Virus record (IMG/VR): IMGVR_UViG_3300037502_002304 | Location: 1 to 64,000 of that record | Length of the DNA: 64,000 bases | Source: a virus | Strand: one strand, 5' to 3' | Part shown: one piece after another, positions 9,358 to 22,600 of the stretch | Numbering within the stretch: position 1 is the stretch's first letter | Layout of the letters: the number at the start of each line of letters is the position of its first letter | Program-made: the position numbers and the translations under genes | The notes under the pieces: model-generated | The model's database searches: none | What the model was told of the DNA's origin: nothing | Seen by the model: the letters and a program-made list of their open reading frames with translations, nothing else

Positions 9358-10674
9358 ATGTATGAACTAAATATGTTACCTTTACAGTCACTAGGGGTTC
9401 CCACTTTAAATGTTGGAGGTATAAATAGTAGTGCATTACAATTACAACCAATGAAAACAGCTGCTGCTTCTGGAGCTGCAGGTATTAATCCATTAGCAAT
9501 GGCTGGTAGTTTTTTAGGAAATACTATTCAATCTTTTGGGGATCCTAATAGTCCTAATTATGGTACTAATATAGGGGGTGGGGCTTTAAGTGGTGCAGCG
9601 CAAGGAGCAGCTATTGGTAGTACAGTCCCTGGGATAGGAACAGCTATAGGGGCTGTAGCTGGTGGTCTACTAGGGGGAATTAAAGGACTTTTCGGTTCTA
9701 AACAAAGAGAAAAGCAGTTAGAGGCTAAGAAAAAGGCCAAATTAAAAGCTATGAATACCGCTATTGGTAAGCAAAGATTACAAGAATATGCAGCTAATAA
9801 TACTACATATAATTATGCTCCAACATTTAAATATGGAGGTATGATTCCTTCTTATCCAAATGGTGGGGTTATTAGAGATATTAATCCATCAAGTCCTTTA
9901 GCAATTCAAGCTATGTATTCAGGGTTAAAAGCACCTCTAGACTCTGCATTAGAAGCTAAATTTCCTAATCTAATAGAAATTAGAGCAAATGCCCCACGTA
10001 ATTTTAAAGAAAGAATGGCTTATGCAGATTCTATTATGAAGGCTAATCCTAATATCTATATAGAAGATATTTCAGAATATTTAAACCCTGAACAAATAGA
10101 ACTATTTAAAAAGGCTAGGAAAAATATTTCGGAGAAACAAGATGCAAACTTTTCAGGAACTGGACCTAAATCTGATGCTTATGGTGTAAGAAATTATATA
10201 TTTACTCCTACTCCTACAAGTTCACGTATACAAAAAGAAACTGGTAGAGTACTTGATAAGTATGGTATAGGATATAATAAAGATACTGGAGATTTTTATA
10301 AAATACCTATAAATAATTCAAGTTATAAAAATGGAGGTAGTATTAAGATAAAGCCTTCTAAAAGAGGTACTTTTAAGGCACAAGCTTCTAAAATGGGTAT
10401 GAGTGTACAAGAAGCTGCTACTAAAATTCTTAATGCTCCTAAAGGTAAATATAGTCCTGCCATGAGAAAGAAAGCAAATTTTGCAAAGAATTTTGCTAAA
10501 GCTAATGGAGGGTATTTGGAAGAGACTAGGTATAATCCTGATGTTACCACTTATGCTTCTGGAGGTTCTACTCATGAAACTTCTCCTTATGGAGGTATTC
10601 CAATTGGTAATAAAGGATTAGTTGAAGATGGTGAAGTTAGATATAAAAACTATGTATTCTCTAACAGATTTTAA
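9358..10674 (+). CDS. virion cargo/ejection protein with a Gly/Ala-rich membrane segment
   Basis: Glycine-zipper GGALSGAAQGAAIGS..GTAIGAVAGGLLGG, repeated (F/Y)xxGG motifs and an IKIKP...RKKANFAKN block seen in crAss-like cargo proteins. Confidence 0.6.
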   Translation: MYELNMLPLQSLGVPTLNVGGINSSALQLQPMKTAAASGAAGINPLAMAGSFLGNTIQSFGDPNSPNYGTNIGGGALSGAAQGAAIGSTVPGIGTAIGAVAGGLLGGIKGLFGSKQREKQLEAKKKAKLKAMNTAIGKQRLQEYAANNTTYNYAPTFKYGGMIPSYPNGGVIRDINPSSPLAIQAMYSGLKAPLDSALEAKFPNLIEIRANAPRNFKERMAYADSIMKANPNIYIEDISEYLNPEQIELFKKARKNISEKQDANFSGTGPKSDAYGVRNYIFTPTPTSSRIQKETGRVLDKYGIGYNKDTGDFYKIPINNSSYKNGGSIKIKPSKRGTFKAQASKMGMSVQEAATKILNAPKGKYSPAMRKKANFAKNFAKANGGYLEETRYNPDVTTYASGGSTHETSPYGGIPIGNKGLVEDGEVRYKNYVFSNRF

Positions 10675-10685
10675 TATTATTTATC

Positions 10686-11651
10686 ATGAATAAATCTAAA
10701 AAACATATTACTTTTGCAGAAAGAGCTCGTAAGATTATATCTAAATATAAAAGAGCTGATTTTGACAGCATTGAAAGAGAGCAAATGGAGAGAGAACTAG
10801 ATGCTCTAGCTGCAGAGCAAGAAGAGTATAAAAGACAGCATGGCATAGAAGATAATACACAAACTATGCAACATGCTAATGGAATTGACTTTAATTATTT
10901 GAATGCAGATTATGATGAAACTCCAGTAGCTATTACTTCTGATATGTTAAATCCTAACAATTATACAGCAACTGCCAGTAATAATCTAGTATCAACTAGC
11001 AGAGGAATGCTGCCTACAGATTCTATTAGTCCATATAAAACATCTATTATTCCCAGTATAGCTTCTGGAGCTATATCTACATTAGGTAATTTATGGATGG
11101 CTAATAGAGCTACTAAAGACTTACCTACTGTTAATTTAGGTAGAGTGTCTCCCTCTACAATCTCTTTAGCTAGAGAGAGAAGTAGAATTCGTAAAGATTC
11201 TAGAGATGCAGCTAGAATAGCTAGAACAAATGCTGCTAAAAATGCTAGAACTAGAGGAGAATACCTTTCTTTAGCTGCTGCTCAAGATGCTGCTATTAAT
11301 GAGGGTACAGCTAAGTCTTTATCAGATTTATATTCTAGAGAAGCTCAATATAATGCTGCAGAGAGGGCTAGAGCCTCTTCTGTTAATGCTGAATTAGCAT
11401 CTAAAGAAGCTTTAGCTAATTATCAGTCTAGATTACAGGCTCAAGCTAATAGAGATGCTTATTTAAGTGCAGCTTTACAATCTGTACCTCAAATGGTGCA
11501 AAATATAGCTGGAATTAGACAGCAAGATGCTTTAATTAATAGCTTAGGACAAGATTATTCTATAGGAATGTATAGAGATCCTAACTTAAATTTCTGGCAA
11601 AGATTAACTACACCTAAACAAATAGTTAGAGTATTTAATTCAAGAGGATAA
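10686..11651 (+). CDS. virion cargo/ejection protein, Ala-rich helical
   Basis: 321 aa, rich in Ala/Arg/Gln; lies between cargo genes. Confidence 0.55.
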   Translation: MNKSKKHITFAERARKIISKYKRADFDSIEREQMERELDALAAEQEEYKRQHGIEDNTQTMQHANGIDFNYLNADYDETPVAITSDMLNPNNYTATASNNLVSTSRGMLPTDSISPYKTSIIPSIASGAISTLGNLWMANRATKDLPTVNLGRVSPSTISLARERSRIRKDSRDAARIARTNAAKNARTRGEYLSLAAAQDAAINEGTAKSLSDLYSREAQYNAAERARASSVNAELASKEALANYQSRLQAQANRDAYLSAALQSVPQMVQNIAGIRQQDALINSLGQDYSIGMYRDPNLNFWQRLTTPKQIVRVFNSRG

Positions 11652-11653
11652 CT

Positions 11654-13681
11654 ATGGCAACACCTATTCAATACATACCACAGCCTATATTTAATAATGT
11701 AGGAGTATTACAACAACAATTAGCACAAGATCAACAGAGGTATGCCCAAGCCATGGCTAATCAATTAGCTATGGAAGATGCTTTTGCACAGTTACAAACT
11801 CATGTAGCTGATATACCTTTAAAGAACGAAATACTCAGTGAGTTTCAACAAAAGGTAAAAGAAACTGTTGATCGTTATGGGGGAGATTATGGAGCAGCCT
11901 CTAGAGATTTAGCTAGGTTAGTATCTCAAACTAGACAGAATCCTTTCTTTCAGTTAGCTCCTGAACGTCGTAGATTAGCAGAAGAACAACGTAAACTAAT
12001 GTTGCAACTAGGACCTAATGCTATCTTAGCTAAAGATGTTACATCTGTTCCTTTAAGAGACCCTGAAACTGGAGAGTGGATTAGTCCTGAAGATTTGAAT
12101 TATTCTGTATTAGATCAACGTCAGTATGAAGAATTCTTAAATAGACGATATGGTGTTCTTAGAAATAGAACCACTCCTGGAGAATGGACTAGAAATAGTC
12201 AATACCCATGGATGTTAGAACGTTCTGTATATAAAGGTATACTTCCTGAAGAAGTAGAAGATTACAAAGCTCAGATGAGTGCAGATTTAGCAGCTCAACA
12301 TCCTGAACTTCCAGAAGAATACAGAGAGATGATTGCTGATAGTTATGCTAATCAATTAATGATGGGGTCTGCTAGTGAAAGAATAACTGATCCATTATAT
12401 GCTGCAAGAGCTAAATCTGGAAGCAGTGGTAGTAGTAATATAGGATATATTACTAGAACTATGCCTGGGGAAGTTTACCCAGAAACTAAAGAGGAGATTA
12501 ATAAAAAATGGGCTGATACTGCTAGAACTGTAAGCTTCTATCAAGATTTAAGACAATCTACGGGTACTGATAATATTTCAGATGCTTATAGAACCAAATT
12601 AAAGTCTTTAGGAATAGAGCTTTCTACTGATAAATTAAGAGAGAAAGATAAAAGGGCTCTAAATTCTTTATTACTTTCTGGTATATATGGTGACAAAAAT
12701 TCTGAAAAATATAAATTAGCACAAGAGTTAATGAAATTATATTATACTATTGATCCTGATGGTGGTGTAGCTAAAAGAGAAGATGGTACTTATGGTAGGT
12801 ATGTAGATATCTATTCAACAGGATTAATAGATACAGGTAATTTTGACCCTAAAATTATTAAAACTATATATAAAGTTCTGAATTCTAATGAACAATTAGA
12901 AAAGTTATTAAGGATAAATGAAAATCCTATATTTAATAATTTAGTTGGGCCTAAAGAAGAAGGTAAGCTAAGTCCTGATGAAGCTTCTTTAGTAATGGCA
13001 GATTTTGAAGGTAATAAATATATTACTAATAATAGAACATGGGAAATTCCCGCAGGCTCTACTAACGAAATAACTAATAGTATAGTTAGAAATATACAAG
13101 GGTCATTTAATAAACAAGACAAATATCAGTATTTAGATGAAGATAATAAGTTAAAGAAAGGTAAAGGTAATTTATCAGCATTACTTTCAGATTCTGATAC
13201 TAAAGTAACAAATGCACAAATTCTTCCTCCTAAAGGGCAAATAATCATAAATGCTATAGTAGATGGTGATCCTAGAAAGATTTTAGTAGATTCTACTCAA
13301 TTTAGTGAGCAAACTAAAGAATGGTTAGATACAGCTAAAATATTATCAGATGCTTACTATGATACAGAATCTTTAGGTGATTTAATAACATTTGATAATT
13401 ATATAGTTGATAGTAAAGGTAATAGAATGGCTGTAATAGTTACTAAACAATTTATACCTTCTGATCCTAATCAACCATTTGTAGACGAAAATGGCAACGC
13501 TTTGCCAGGAAAGATAGTTCCTGTAGTATATCAAACTATAGTAGATAGAAATGGTAAAGAAGTTGGGGATAGAGTTCCTACTAGTATAGAAGCTATAAAT
13601 AAACTTATATTAGATCAAATAACTACTAGTTTATTATATTCTGTTGATCCTAAGTCACAAACTTTAGATTTTAATAATTAA
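11654..13681 (+). CDS. putative virion (ejected) protein
   Basis: 675 aa with a helical Q-rich N-terminus; directly upstream of the RNAP polyprotein. Confidence 0.55.
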   Translation: MATPIQYIPQPIFNNVGVLQQQLAQDQQRYAQAMANQLAMEDAFAQLQTHVADIPLKNEILSEFQQKVKETVDRYGGDYGAASRDLARLVSQTRQNPFFQLAPERRRLAEEQRKLMLQLGPNAILAKDVTSVPLRDPETGEWISPEDLNYSVLDQRQYEEFLNRRYGVLRNRTTPGEWTRNSQYPWMLERSVYKGILPEEVEDYKAQMSADLAAQHPELPEEYREMIADSYANQLMMGSASERITDPLYAARAKSGSSGSSNIGYITRTMPGEVYPETKEEINKKWADTARTVSFYQDLRQSTGTDNISDAYRTKLKSLGIELSTDKLREKDKRALNSLLLSGIYGDKNSEKYKLAQELMKLYYTIDPDGGVAKREDGTYGRYVDIYSTGLIDTGNFDPKIIKTIYKVLNSNEQLEKLLRINENPIFNNLVGPKEEGKLSPDEASLVMADFEGNKYITNNRTWEIPAGSTNEITNSIVRNIQGSFNKQDKYQYLDEDNKLKKGKGNLSALLSDSDTKVTNAQILPPKGQIIINAIVDGDPRKILVDSTQFSEQTKEWLDTAKILSDAYYDTESLGDLITFDNYIVDSKGNRMAVIVTKQFIPSDPNQPFVDENGNALPGKIVPVVYQTIVDRNGKEVGDRVPTSIEAINKLILDQITTSLLYSVDPKSQTLDFNN

Positions 13682-13687
13682 TTTATT

Positions 13688-16600
13688 ATGGCAAAGAGAT
13701 ACAAACTTAAAGATTACACTTTACAGAATATTGACCCTAATACAGGTCTGACAGAAAATATAAATGAATCTTTTAGTAACCCTAATTTAAATTTAGCAAA
13801 TTTTAAATTATCTTCTTATGCTAAGTCTCCTGTAGAAGAAGTAGGAAGGTATTTTCAAGATAGTTCTATATATGATGAAGGTATTTCTTACGATATGGCT
13901 ACCTCTCCTATGGGAATAGCTATGCACCGTCATGAAGAGCAACCTTGGTATGCTTCTCTTGGAAGTGCTTTAAATCAAGGTATAGTTGGTGAAGTTGTAG
14001 GAGGTACTTTAGAAGGTGTAGGGTATCTATTAGATATAGAACAATGGCTTAATTTACTTAGGGGAGAAGAACAAGAGTTTGGTAATTGGCTATCTGATAT
14101 AGGTAAAGATATAAGAGAATGGACTCAAGAGACTACACCAGTTTATACTGATCCTACTAAAGAAGGAGAATTTAGTCCAGAAGATTGGACATGGTGGATG
14201 AGTAGTGTATTGCCTTCTACATTTAGTACATTATCATTAATGATCCCTTCGGGGGCAGCTGTAAAAGGATTATCTACATTAGCTAAAACTGCTGGTGTAG
14301 CATCTAATCTAGGTAAAACAGCTAGATGGGCTACTAAAGGCGTAGCACAAGCTTTAATATCTAGACCATTAGAGTCTATGATGGAAGCCTCTCAGGTTAA
14401 AGATGAATTAATGAATACTTTACCTGGAACAGAAATAGGTACTGAAGAAGCTGATAAAATATATAAGAATTATGGTATACAGTTAAATCCTACAAGATTT
14501 GATACTGATGGTAATCCTGTCTATGAAATAGATAATGATACCGCTAATATAATAGCTGCTAAAGCTGCTGCTAATACTTTTAAGGCTAACTTACCAATGG
14601 TAATACAAGATATTCCACAGTATTTATTGTTAAATGCTCCGTTTGGTAAGGCTACTAAAAAACTTACTATAGATTTAGCTAAGAAAACTGGTCAAGATAT
14701 AACTCCTTTAGTAATAGAAAAAGGAGCAGCTATAGCTAAAGATATATTAGGAGAAGGTTTAGAAGAAGGCTATCAATTTATAGTTAGTGAAAGAGCCAGA
14801 GATATGGCCTTAGCTAGAGCTGGATTAGCAGAATATGAAGATTTAGATGAAGCTATTGGTAGATATTTTAAAAATGGTGAGTTCTGGACTTCAGTAGTAG
14901 CAGGAGCAGCTGGTGCTGGTCTTATGCAGACTGTTGGTAGAACAATTAATAACTCTCTAGTTCGTGCAAGAGGTTTAGAATCTGAAGATGAAGCTCGTGC
15001 TAAAGATATAGATTCTTGGGGAGCACAGATGAAATTTATTAGAGAGTTGATGCAAGCTGCTGAAGCTAACAATAATGAAGAATTATTTAGTCATGTATCT
15101 AAATTAGGTATAGCTGATTTGGGAATTAAATTATCTTCTGTAGGTAATCTAGGACATTTTATTGATGCTATAGATAATTTATCTAATGCTTCTGAAGAAG
15201 ATTTACAAAGACTTGGAATATCTGCAGAAGAAGCAGAATATATGGCTAATAATGCTCCTAATATTATAAAAGATTTACAATCTATAGGAGAACTTTATGA
15301 AAAGAATGTAGATAAATATGATGAACCTTTTGCTCAATTGATTACTAGAGAAGAATTCATGAAAAATTATCTCAATGATAAGGATATTGAGTTAGGTTCT
15401 GCATATGAAGAAACTTTTCAAACTATTCCAAATATTTTAAATCTTTCTGAAACAGGTAGAAAATTATTTGAAAATAAACGAATTATTATACCTGCTTTAA
15501 AGAATGCTATAGAAGAAACTAATAATTTTCTGCAAAAAAAGAATACTTCTGACAATGAGCAATTATTTAAAACTCGTTTAGAAGAGTTAAATGCTCTTTT
15601 AGAAGAAGTCACACAAGAAACTAATGAGTTAGAACAAAGTTACACAGAAGGAGAACGTAAGAATGATAGTTCTTATAATCATGATTCTGTTGATTTAACT
15701 GCGGCTCAAAGTCTTTATCTTAAAAAAGCATATAATCAATTACAACTTAAAAACGCATCTGAAATGGTAGAAAAGATGCGTACTACTGAATGGCAACAGG
15801 AAGCTCTTAAAAAGGCTAAGAAGGCTCAAGAAAAAAATGCTAAGAAGGTTGTCGACGCTGCTGAAACTATTGAAGAAGTTAAAGAAGTTAAGAAGAGAGC
15901 TAAAGGTACTGATGTAGAAAAAGCTGTAAATAAGGCTGTTAAAGAGAAAGCTGCAGAACAAGCTGAAACTTCTAATGTAGATGAGACTCCCACTGTAGAA
16001 TCTACTCCACAGAAAGAAGAAGGTGAAGTAGTATTTTCTTCTGAATATGAAGGAGAACCTACTACTGAAACTAAGCAAACTACTTCATTAGATGAAATTA
16101 TAAAATCAGGTAAGCCTGTTACTGCAGAAGAAGCATCTAATATGGAGCAACCTACTGAACAAGAGGAAGCAGAGCCTACTCCTGCTCAAGAAGTAGAACC
16201 TACTCTTCAAGCTACTCCTACTCAACCTACAGAAGAATCTGAGGAAGAAGGAGAAGTTGTGTTTTCTTCTGAATATACACCTACTCAAGAAGAACCTTCT
16301 GAAGAGCAGACAGAACCTACACAAGAAGAAACTACAGCTCCTTCTGTAGAAGAACTTCAAGCTTCTGCTAGACCTAGATCTACTTTTGCTCAGCGTAGGT
16401 ATGAAGGTAAACCTCATTTATTTTCAGATGAATTAGAAGGACTTACAAACGAATTAGATAAATTTGTTCGTAAAAACTCTCCACAAACTATTACTAATGA
16501 AGAATTAAATTTAATTAATGCTTTTGAAGTAACAACTCCTGAAGAGTTAGATTCATGGTTTGATAGTGTAGCAGATTCTGAAAATGCTGCTAATTTAGCT

Positions 16601-19600
16601 AATACAGTCAGAAATTTTTATAGTAATAGGAATAGTATTACTAAGGCTAAAAAGACAGCTAATCAGCCTCAAAATAGCATTAATTACAAGAAAAATGATT
16701 TAGACCAATCTAATAAACCTGGGGCAACTGACCCAATACCTTCTAGTGATAAAAATGTTAATAAAGGAGCTGATATTGTAGTATCTACTACTGAACAAGT
16801 TACAGGAGTTAAAAGTCCTAGGAGGATAAAAGATTATTATATAGATTCTAATGGTAACTTTAGAGAGAGTAAAAAAGAAGAGACTTTCCTTGCTGTAAAT
16901 GCTTATAATTTCATAGATAGATTTGGATTAGATCGTGGAGATTATAAAGCACAGAGTACTGTTTACTTTGAATTAGATACTAATGATCCTTATAGTAATA
17001 AGGGCATAGAAGATACTGGTATTCAAATAGTAGTATATAAGGATGGTAATCCAGATAATACAAGTACTTCTAATAGAAAAATAATAGGTTTAGTTCCTAG
17101 TACTAGAGGTTATTATAAAGATTTGTATGAGTTTAGAAAAATTCTCTTAGAAGATTTACGTTCTAAACAAGATGGTAAGTCTAGGTATGTAAGAAGTAAA
17201 TACACTTCTAAAATTGAAGGATTTCATACTCAATATATCCAGACTAAAGAGGAAAATTCTCCTCTAACTGTTATTAGAGAAGAACATCAAAAAGATCCTA
17301 GATTTGCTAAGCATGGTGGATATATAATAGGAATTACCAAAACTTCTACTAGAGGAATGACTCTGGAAGTTCCTAAAGCTAATGTTAGTATTAATGGTAC
17401 TTTAGAAACTGAATATCAAGGTCAAGTTATAATAATTACTAAGAATCCATTTATTAACGACGCATTATTAATGCGTGGGTTTGTTCGTAGTTTAAAATCT
17501 TATGAGAGTCTTGGTAAGAAACAGGCAGAAAATGGTTATAAGATACGTCAAAGAATTATAGATTTATTCAGAGCATTACCAGATAATCCTACTAAAAATC
17601 AGATTATAGAGCTAAATAATCAAATTAGACAATATCTAATAGGTAATGTTAGATATGAATCTGGAATTTTAATCTTAGATGATTATTTTAAAGTTAGTAT
17701 ACCAGAAATAAGATATGATAGTTTCGACCAGATAAATGCTTGGTTAGATGGTCTTATTTTTAATATTGATAAAAATAAGATTAATTCTCCAATGCCTGCA
17801 CAATATGACTTTGGATTTGGAGCTCAATCTGGTAAATATAATGAATTAATAAGCGACTTCTTAGTACTAACAATGCCTAAAAATAGGTATTTTGAAAATA
17901 CAGCAGCTATTATTTCTAGGAATTTAGTAGATACTACTGATAATAGTCAAGTAAAAGTTTTAAAGAAAGCTGCTTCTAATATAGTATCTAATATTAAGAA
18001 GTCTAATGATATTAAAGAATTGTCCAAAGATACTAATGTTACTGAAGAAACTCCTGTAGTTACTGCAGAACAATTAGAAGTTGGACAATATGTAGAATAT
18101 CAAGGTACTACTTATATAGTAACTAAATTTAATAAGAATGGCACTATTCAACTATTAAATCCTTTAGATGATAGTGAGAAAGGAAAAGTATCTGTCGCTG
18201 CTAAAAACATTAAGCCTACTAAATTTAAAGGTACTATAGTAGAGTATAGAAATATTAAGTATATAGTAACTAGTAAAGGTCAGATTATTTCTTTGTCTTC
18301 TAATAGAGCAATGAAATGGCCTGAAAATCATGGTACTAGAAGACACATTCTAAGTCTAGCTAATGATGCTGAGTCAGGTAGAGTAGAGCCCCTAGCTTCA
18401 AATAAAGTAGACATTAATCCTACTAGTATTAAAACTACTAAGGCAGTTCCTACTAGTACTAAAGATGCAGCTAGACCTACTAAACCTGTTGAAGCTAAAC
18501 CAACTAGTAAAGTTAGGATTGAACGTAAGAAAGACCCATTTGGTAATGCGGGTAAAAATGCTTTGTTAGGTATGTTTAGGAACAGTCAGAACAAACCTAA
18601 AACTAGACTGGCTGATTCTAGCAAACCTTATACTAAGTGGAATAAAGCACAAGAACTTGCTTGGTTTAAAAAGAACTTCCCTCAAGTACCTATTACAGTG
18701 CTAGATAATTTAAAGAATATAGTAGGTAATGGTAGAGAAGCTTGGGGAGCTTTTCATAATGCTTCTGTATATATAGCAGAAAATGCTGCTTCTGGTACAA
18801 CTTATCATGAAGCTTTCCACGTAGTATTTAACTTATTTTTGAATGAAGAACAACGTAATAATATATTAAAAGAATCTAAATTAACTGAAGAAGAATTAGC
18901 TGATAAATTCTCTGATTATGTAGCGTATAAGGATTTAGATAAATCTTTACCTACTAAAGTAAAAGATTTTTTTAGAAAGTTATGGTTAACTATTAAATCA
19001 TTCTTTACTAATAGTATTTCAGGAGTAGACGAATTATTCTTTAGAATAAATACTGGTTTCTACAAGAATGCTACTATAGATTATGGTGCTTTTGGTTCTA
19101 AAGTACTAAGAACTAAAATTGCAGGTTGGTCTTCTGCTTATACTAAAGATATAGTAGAAAGTATCAACATGCACATATTAACTCAGATACTTCCTGATAT
19201 TAGAGAAGCTAATCCAGAATTATCTAATTTAAGTGATGTTGAATTATTAAATGCTATTAACAACAATCCAGAATATGCTCAATATGGTGGTGGAGTATAT
19301 GCAATTTATAATAAAGTATATAATAACTTAGCAGACTTAGCTGAATCAGAATTTGTTCCTGATGATATACGTGAAAATATATTAGATGCTTTACGGTACT
19401 TTTATAATGAAGATGGTAGTCCTGGTAGTTTGATATTAGAAAGTATCAGAGCTTTAGATTATAATAATGGTATTTCTGTAAAAATAGAAGTAGTAGAAAA
19501 TACTATTGAGGATGAATCTGAAGAAACTACTATAGAAGGTGAAGAAGGTTCTCAATTAGAGAACTGGCAGACTACCTATACTGAAAGAAGTCGTAAAAAT

Positions 19601-22600
19601 AATGCTTCTTATAACATTAAGAAATTCCTACGGTATATAAGACTAGAAGACCAAATAAATGCTATAGGATTACCTAAATTTGTAGATTTTAATGAATTAT
19701 ATGATACACTTCTGAATGATTTAGCAGATTCTACAGATTTACAATCTATGGTTACTTATTTAAAGGATTCTCTTCCTTTCCATCCTGAATATCAACAAAT
19801 CATTGATGAGATTGAAAGAAATCCTCAATTTGGTGCAGAATTCTTCAATGCTTTCCATAATACCCATGCTAAGTATGTTAGCATACTTAAAAGAAATAAT
19901 AACTATGTATTAATGGAATCTAACCGTAAGGGAGTTGTTAATAACATTATTTCTAATTGGAGAAATAGTGTATTAGCAAAAGGTTCAGTACTAGTAGATA
20001 AAGGTAAAGGTAATTATGAAGTTAATACTAATAAAGCTGTAGAGATTAAAAAATCTTTTGATGATATTTTAAGAAAGACTGCAATTACCGATGAAGACTT
20101 AATTAAAGTATCTAATTTATTAAAAGAATTAGGTATTGAATTAGACGTTAGAGTTCTTCAATATGCTAAAAATAATAACTATATTAGAAAGATTTTAGAG
20201 GGAGATAAATCTATTTCTAAGATTATTAATAAGTTTGCAGAAGGTAAAAATCCTTTTGATGAAGAAGCTGGGTTAGATTCAGAAATGGCTTCTATTAGAA
20301 CTTTGGCAACATTAGCTAAGAAGGCTACTCCTTCTTTGTATGAGTCTGCATTTAGAAACGTATCGGGTAAAACTGTATATTCACACTTAGTACCTAACTT
20401 TTTGTCTAAGTTAGTAGCTAAATTGACAGATTCTAATAAGCTGATGTCAGTCATAGAGTTTTATGCTCAAGACCCATTATATCTAAATAATCCTATACTA
20501 ATTACTTTAGGTAACTTAGAATCTGATCCTCTAGAATTAAAAAATGCTTTCGAGGTAGCTATAGTTGATGGTATTATAGAAAATGGTAGTAAGGATTATG
20601 CAAGTATGGATGAGACTGACTATAAGGTGTTTACCTTAAATTCTTTCTTTAACAATGGTAATAAAGATTATTCTTACTATCGAGCTAACGTACTATCAGA
20701 TGCTCCTAATATGGTATTATTTAAATTTAAGAGGTTTAAAGAGGATGAAATAGTCAATTACTTATTATCTTTAGCTTCTGCTGAATATAAGCGTATTCAG
20801 GATGTAAAAGAGTATAAAGGAGAGGGTTATAAGAACTATAGTACAGATGCTAATGGTAACACAGAATCTGGCTATCATATAATGCCTATGTTCAATGGTT
20901 TCAAGGGTGACCCTGCTTCTAAACCTGAACAAGCTAAGAAACTTATTAGAGAGTATCTAGATAATAAGATTGAAGATTATAAAAAAGCTCTGATAAATTC
21001 TGGTGTAGTAACTCTTACTGAAGAAGGAACTGTTGACTTTGAGAATTCTAGATTAGATGGAAGAATTTCAAGAGTTAATTTTGATTCTTTCCTGAAAAAC
21101 TTCTATTATAATGACTACCTTATGAGGGCTTCATTCGGGGTATTAACTGTAGGAGATCCAGCTTATTATAAAGCAGATAAAGGCAGTAATAATAAGATGG
21201 TAGATTATACTAAAAGAGCTAAAGAGATTTACTCACCTAAATATGTACCAGATGTAAGTGCCTCTTATACTGATCCTAAAACTGGGGAAGTAATAAAAGT
21301 TGGTGATAGATACAATACTATTTACCTTAAAGATAAAGAAGCTATAGCTCCTTCTTATGACGATATAGAAGCTGCTTTAAATTCTGCAGTTAAATCTGGG
21401 TTTATTACAGAAAATCAGAAGAAAGCTATAGCTACTATGTATAAAGAGGTTAATTATACTGATGCTCAAGCATATACTACTCTTCCATTCTACAGAAAAA
21501 CTATGATTAGTTTAGGTAGATGGACTGATAGACATCAAGAAGCTTATAAGAGATTGATGGAAGAAAAGGGTACTGCTAATGATATTGCATTAGTTATGCA
21601 ACCTCTAAAACCCTTTATGTTTACTCATATATATGATGATAATTTAGGTAGAATAGTACCTGTACAACATAAGAACAGTGAATTTTTGTTACTACCTCAA
21701 TTAGTTAAGAATAATCCAGAGTTGAAAAAACTACATGACTTTATGATTGAAAATAATGTAGGCACGGCCAACTTTGAATCAGCTGTTAAGACTGGCTTAA
21801 CTAAAGTAATGACTCTGGATAACCTTAATGCTGACAATATTATTGAAGTATTTACAGAAGACAGAGGTATACAGCAAGAAGTTCCTGAACACTTTATAGA
21901 TGAAGAAAACTTATTTGGTACTCAGATAAGAAAGCTTATAATGGCTGACTTAGTTGAAGGAGTAGATTATGTAATAACTCCTCATGGTGAAGAAGCTATC
22001 AGTAAAAAGGCTAACGATCTTCGTAGAATGTATGAAGATATTATCACTCAAGACTTGGCTGAAGCTTTCCAAGAAGCTTATTCTGAGCTTACTACTGAAG
22101 ATGGAGACGTAGACTGGTCTAAGATTCATAATATTTTATTAGATGAAGCTAGGAAGCGTGGTAAAGGTGAACAATTTGAAAAAGCTATTACTTATGATCC
22201 AGTTAAGAATAGATTAAATTTACCTTTATTCCATCCTTTATATGCAAATACTACACAGCAACTTCTCACTTCTATATTTAAGAATAGAGTCACTAAACAA
22301 AAGATTGCTGGTGGGTCATTTGTACAAGCTTCTTCTTATGGATTATCTAGAGAATTAAAATTAGTATTTGATAAAGATAATGAAGGTAATTCTAATAGAC
22401 TTCTTTACGCAGAAGTTATGTTACCTGCATGGACTAAGCAGTTCTTTAAAGACTTTGCTAATCCTGATGGTACTATTGATTTTGAAGATGTTAAACAAGC
22501 TGCTCCTGGATTATTAGATATGGTAGGTTATCGTATTCCTACTGAAGATAAATACTCTATGTTACCTCTTAAAGTAGTAGGATTCTTACCTCCTGAATCT

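Noticed and set aside
10660-10690. Programmed -1 frameshift joining 9358..10674 and 10686..11651
   Set aside because: No X XXY YYZ slippery site or downstream structure, and the second ORF has its own ATG with an AT-rich leader.
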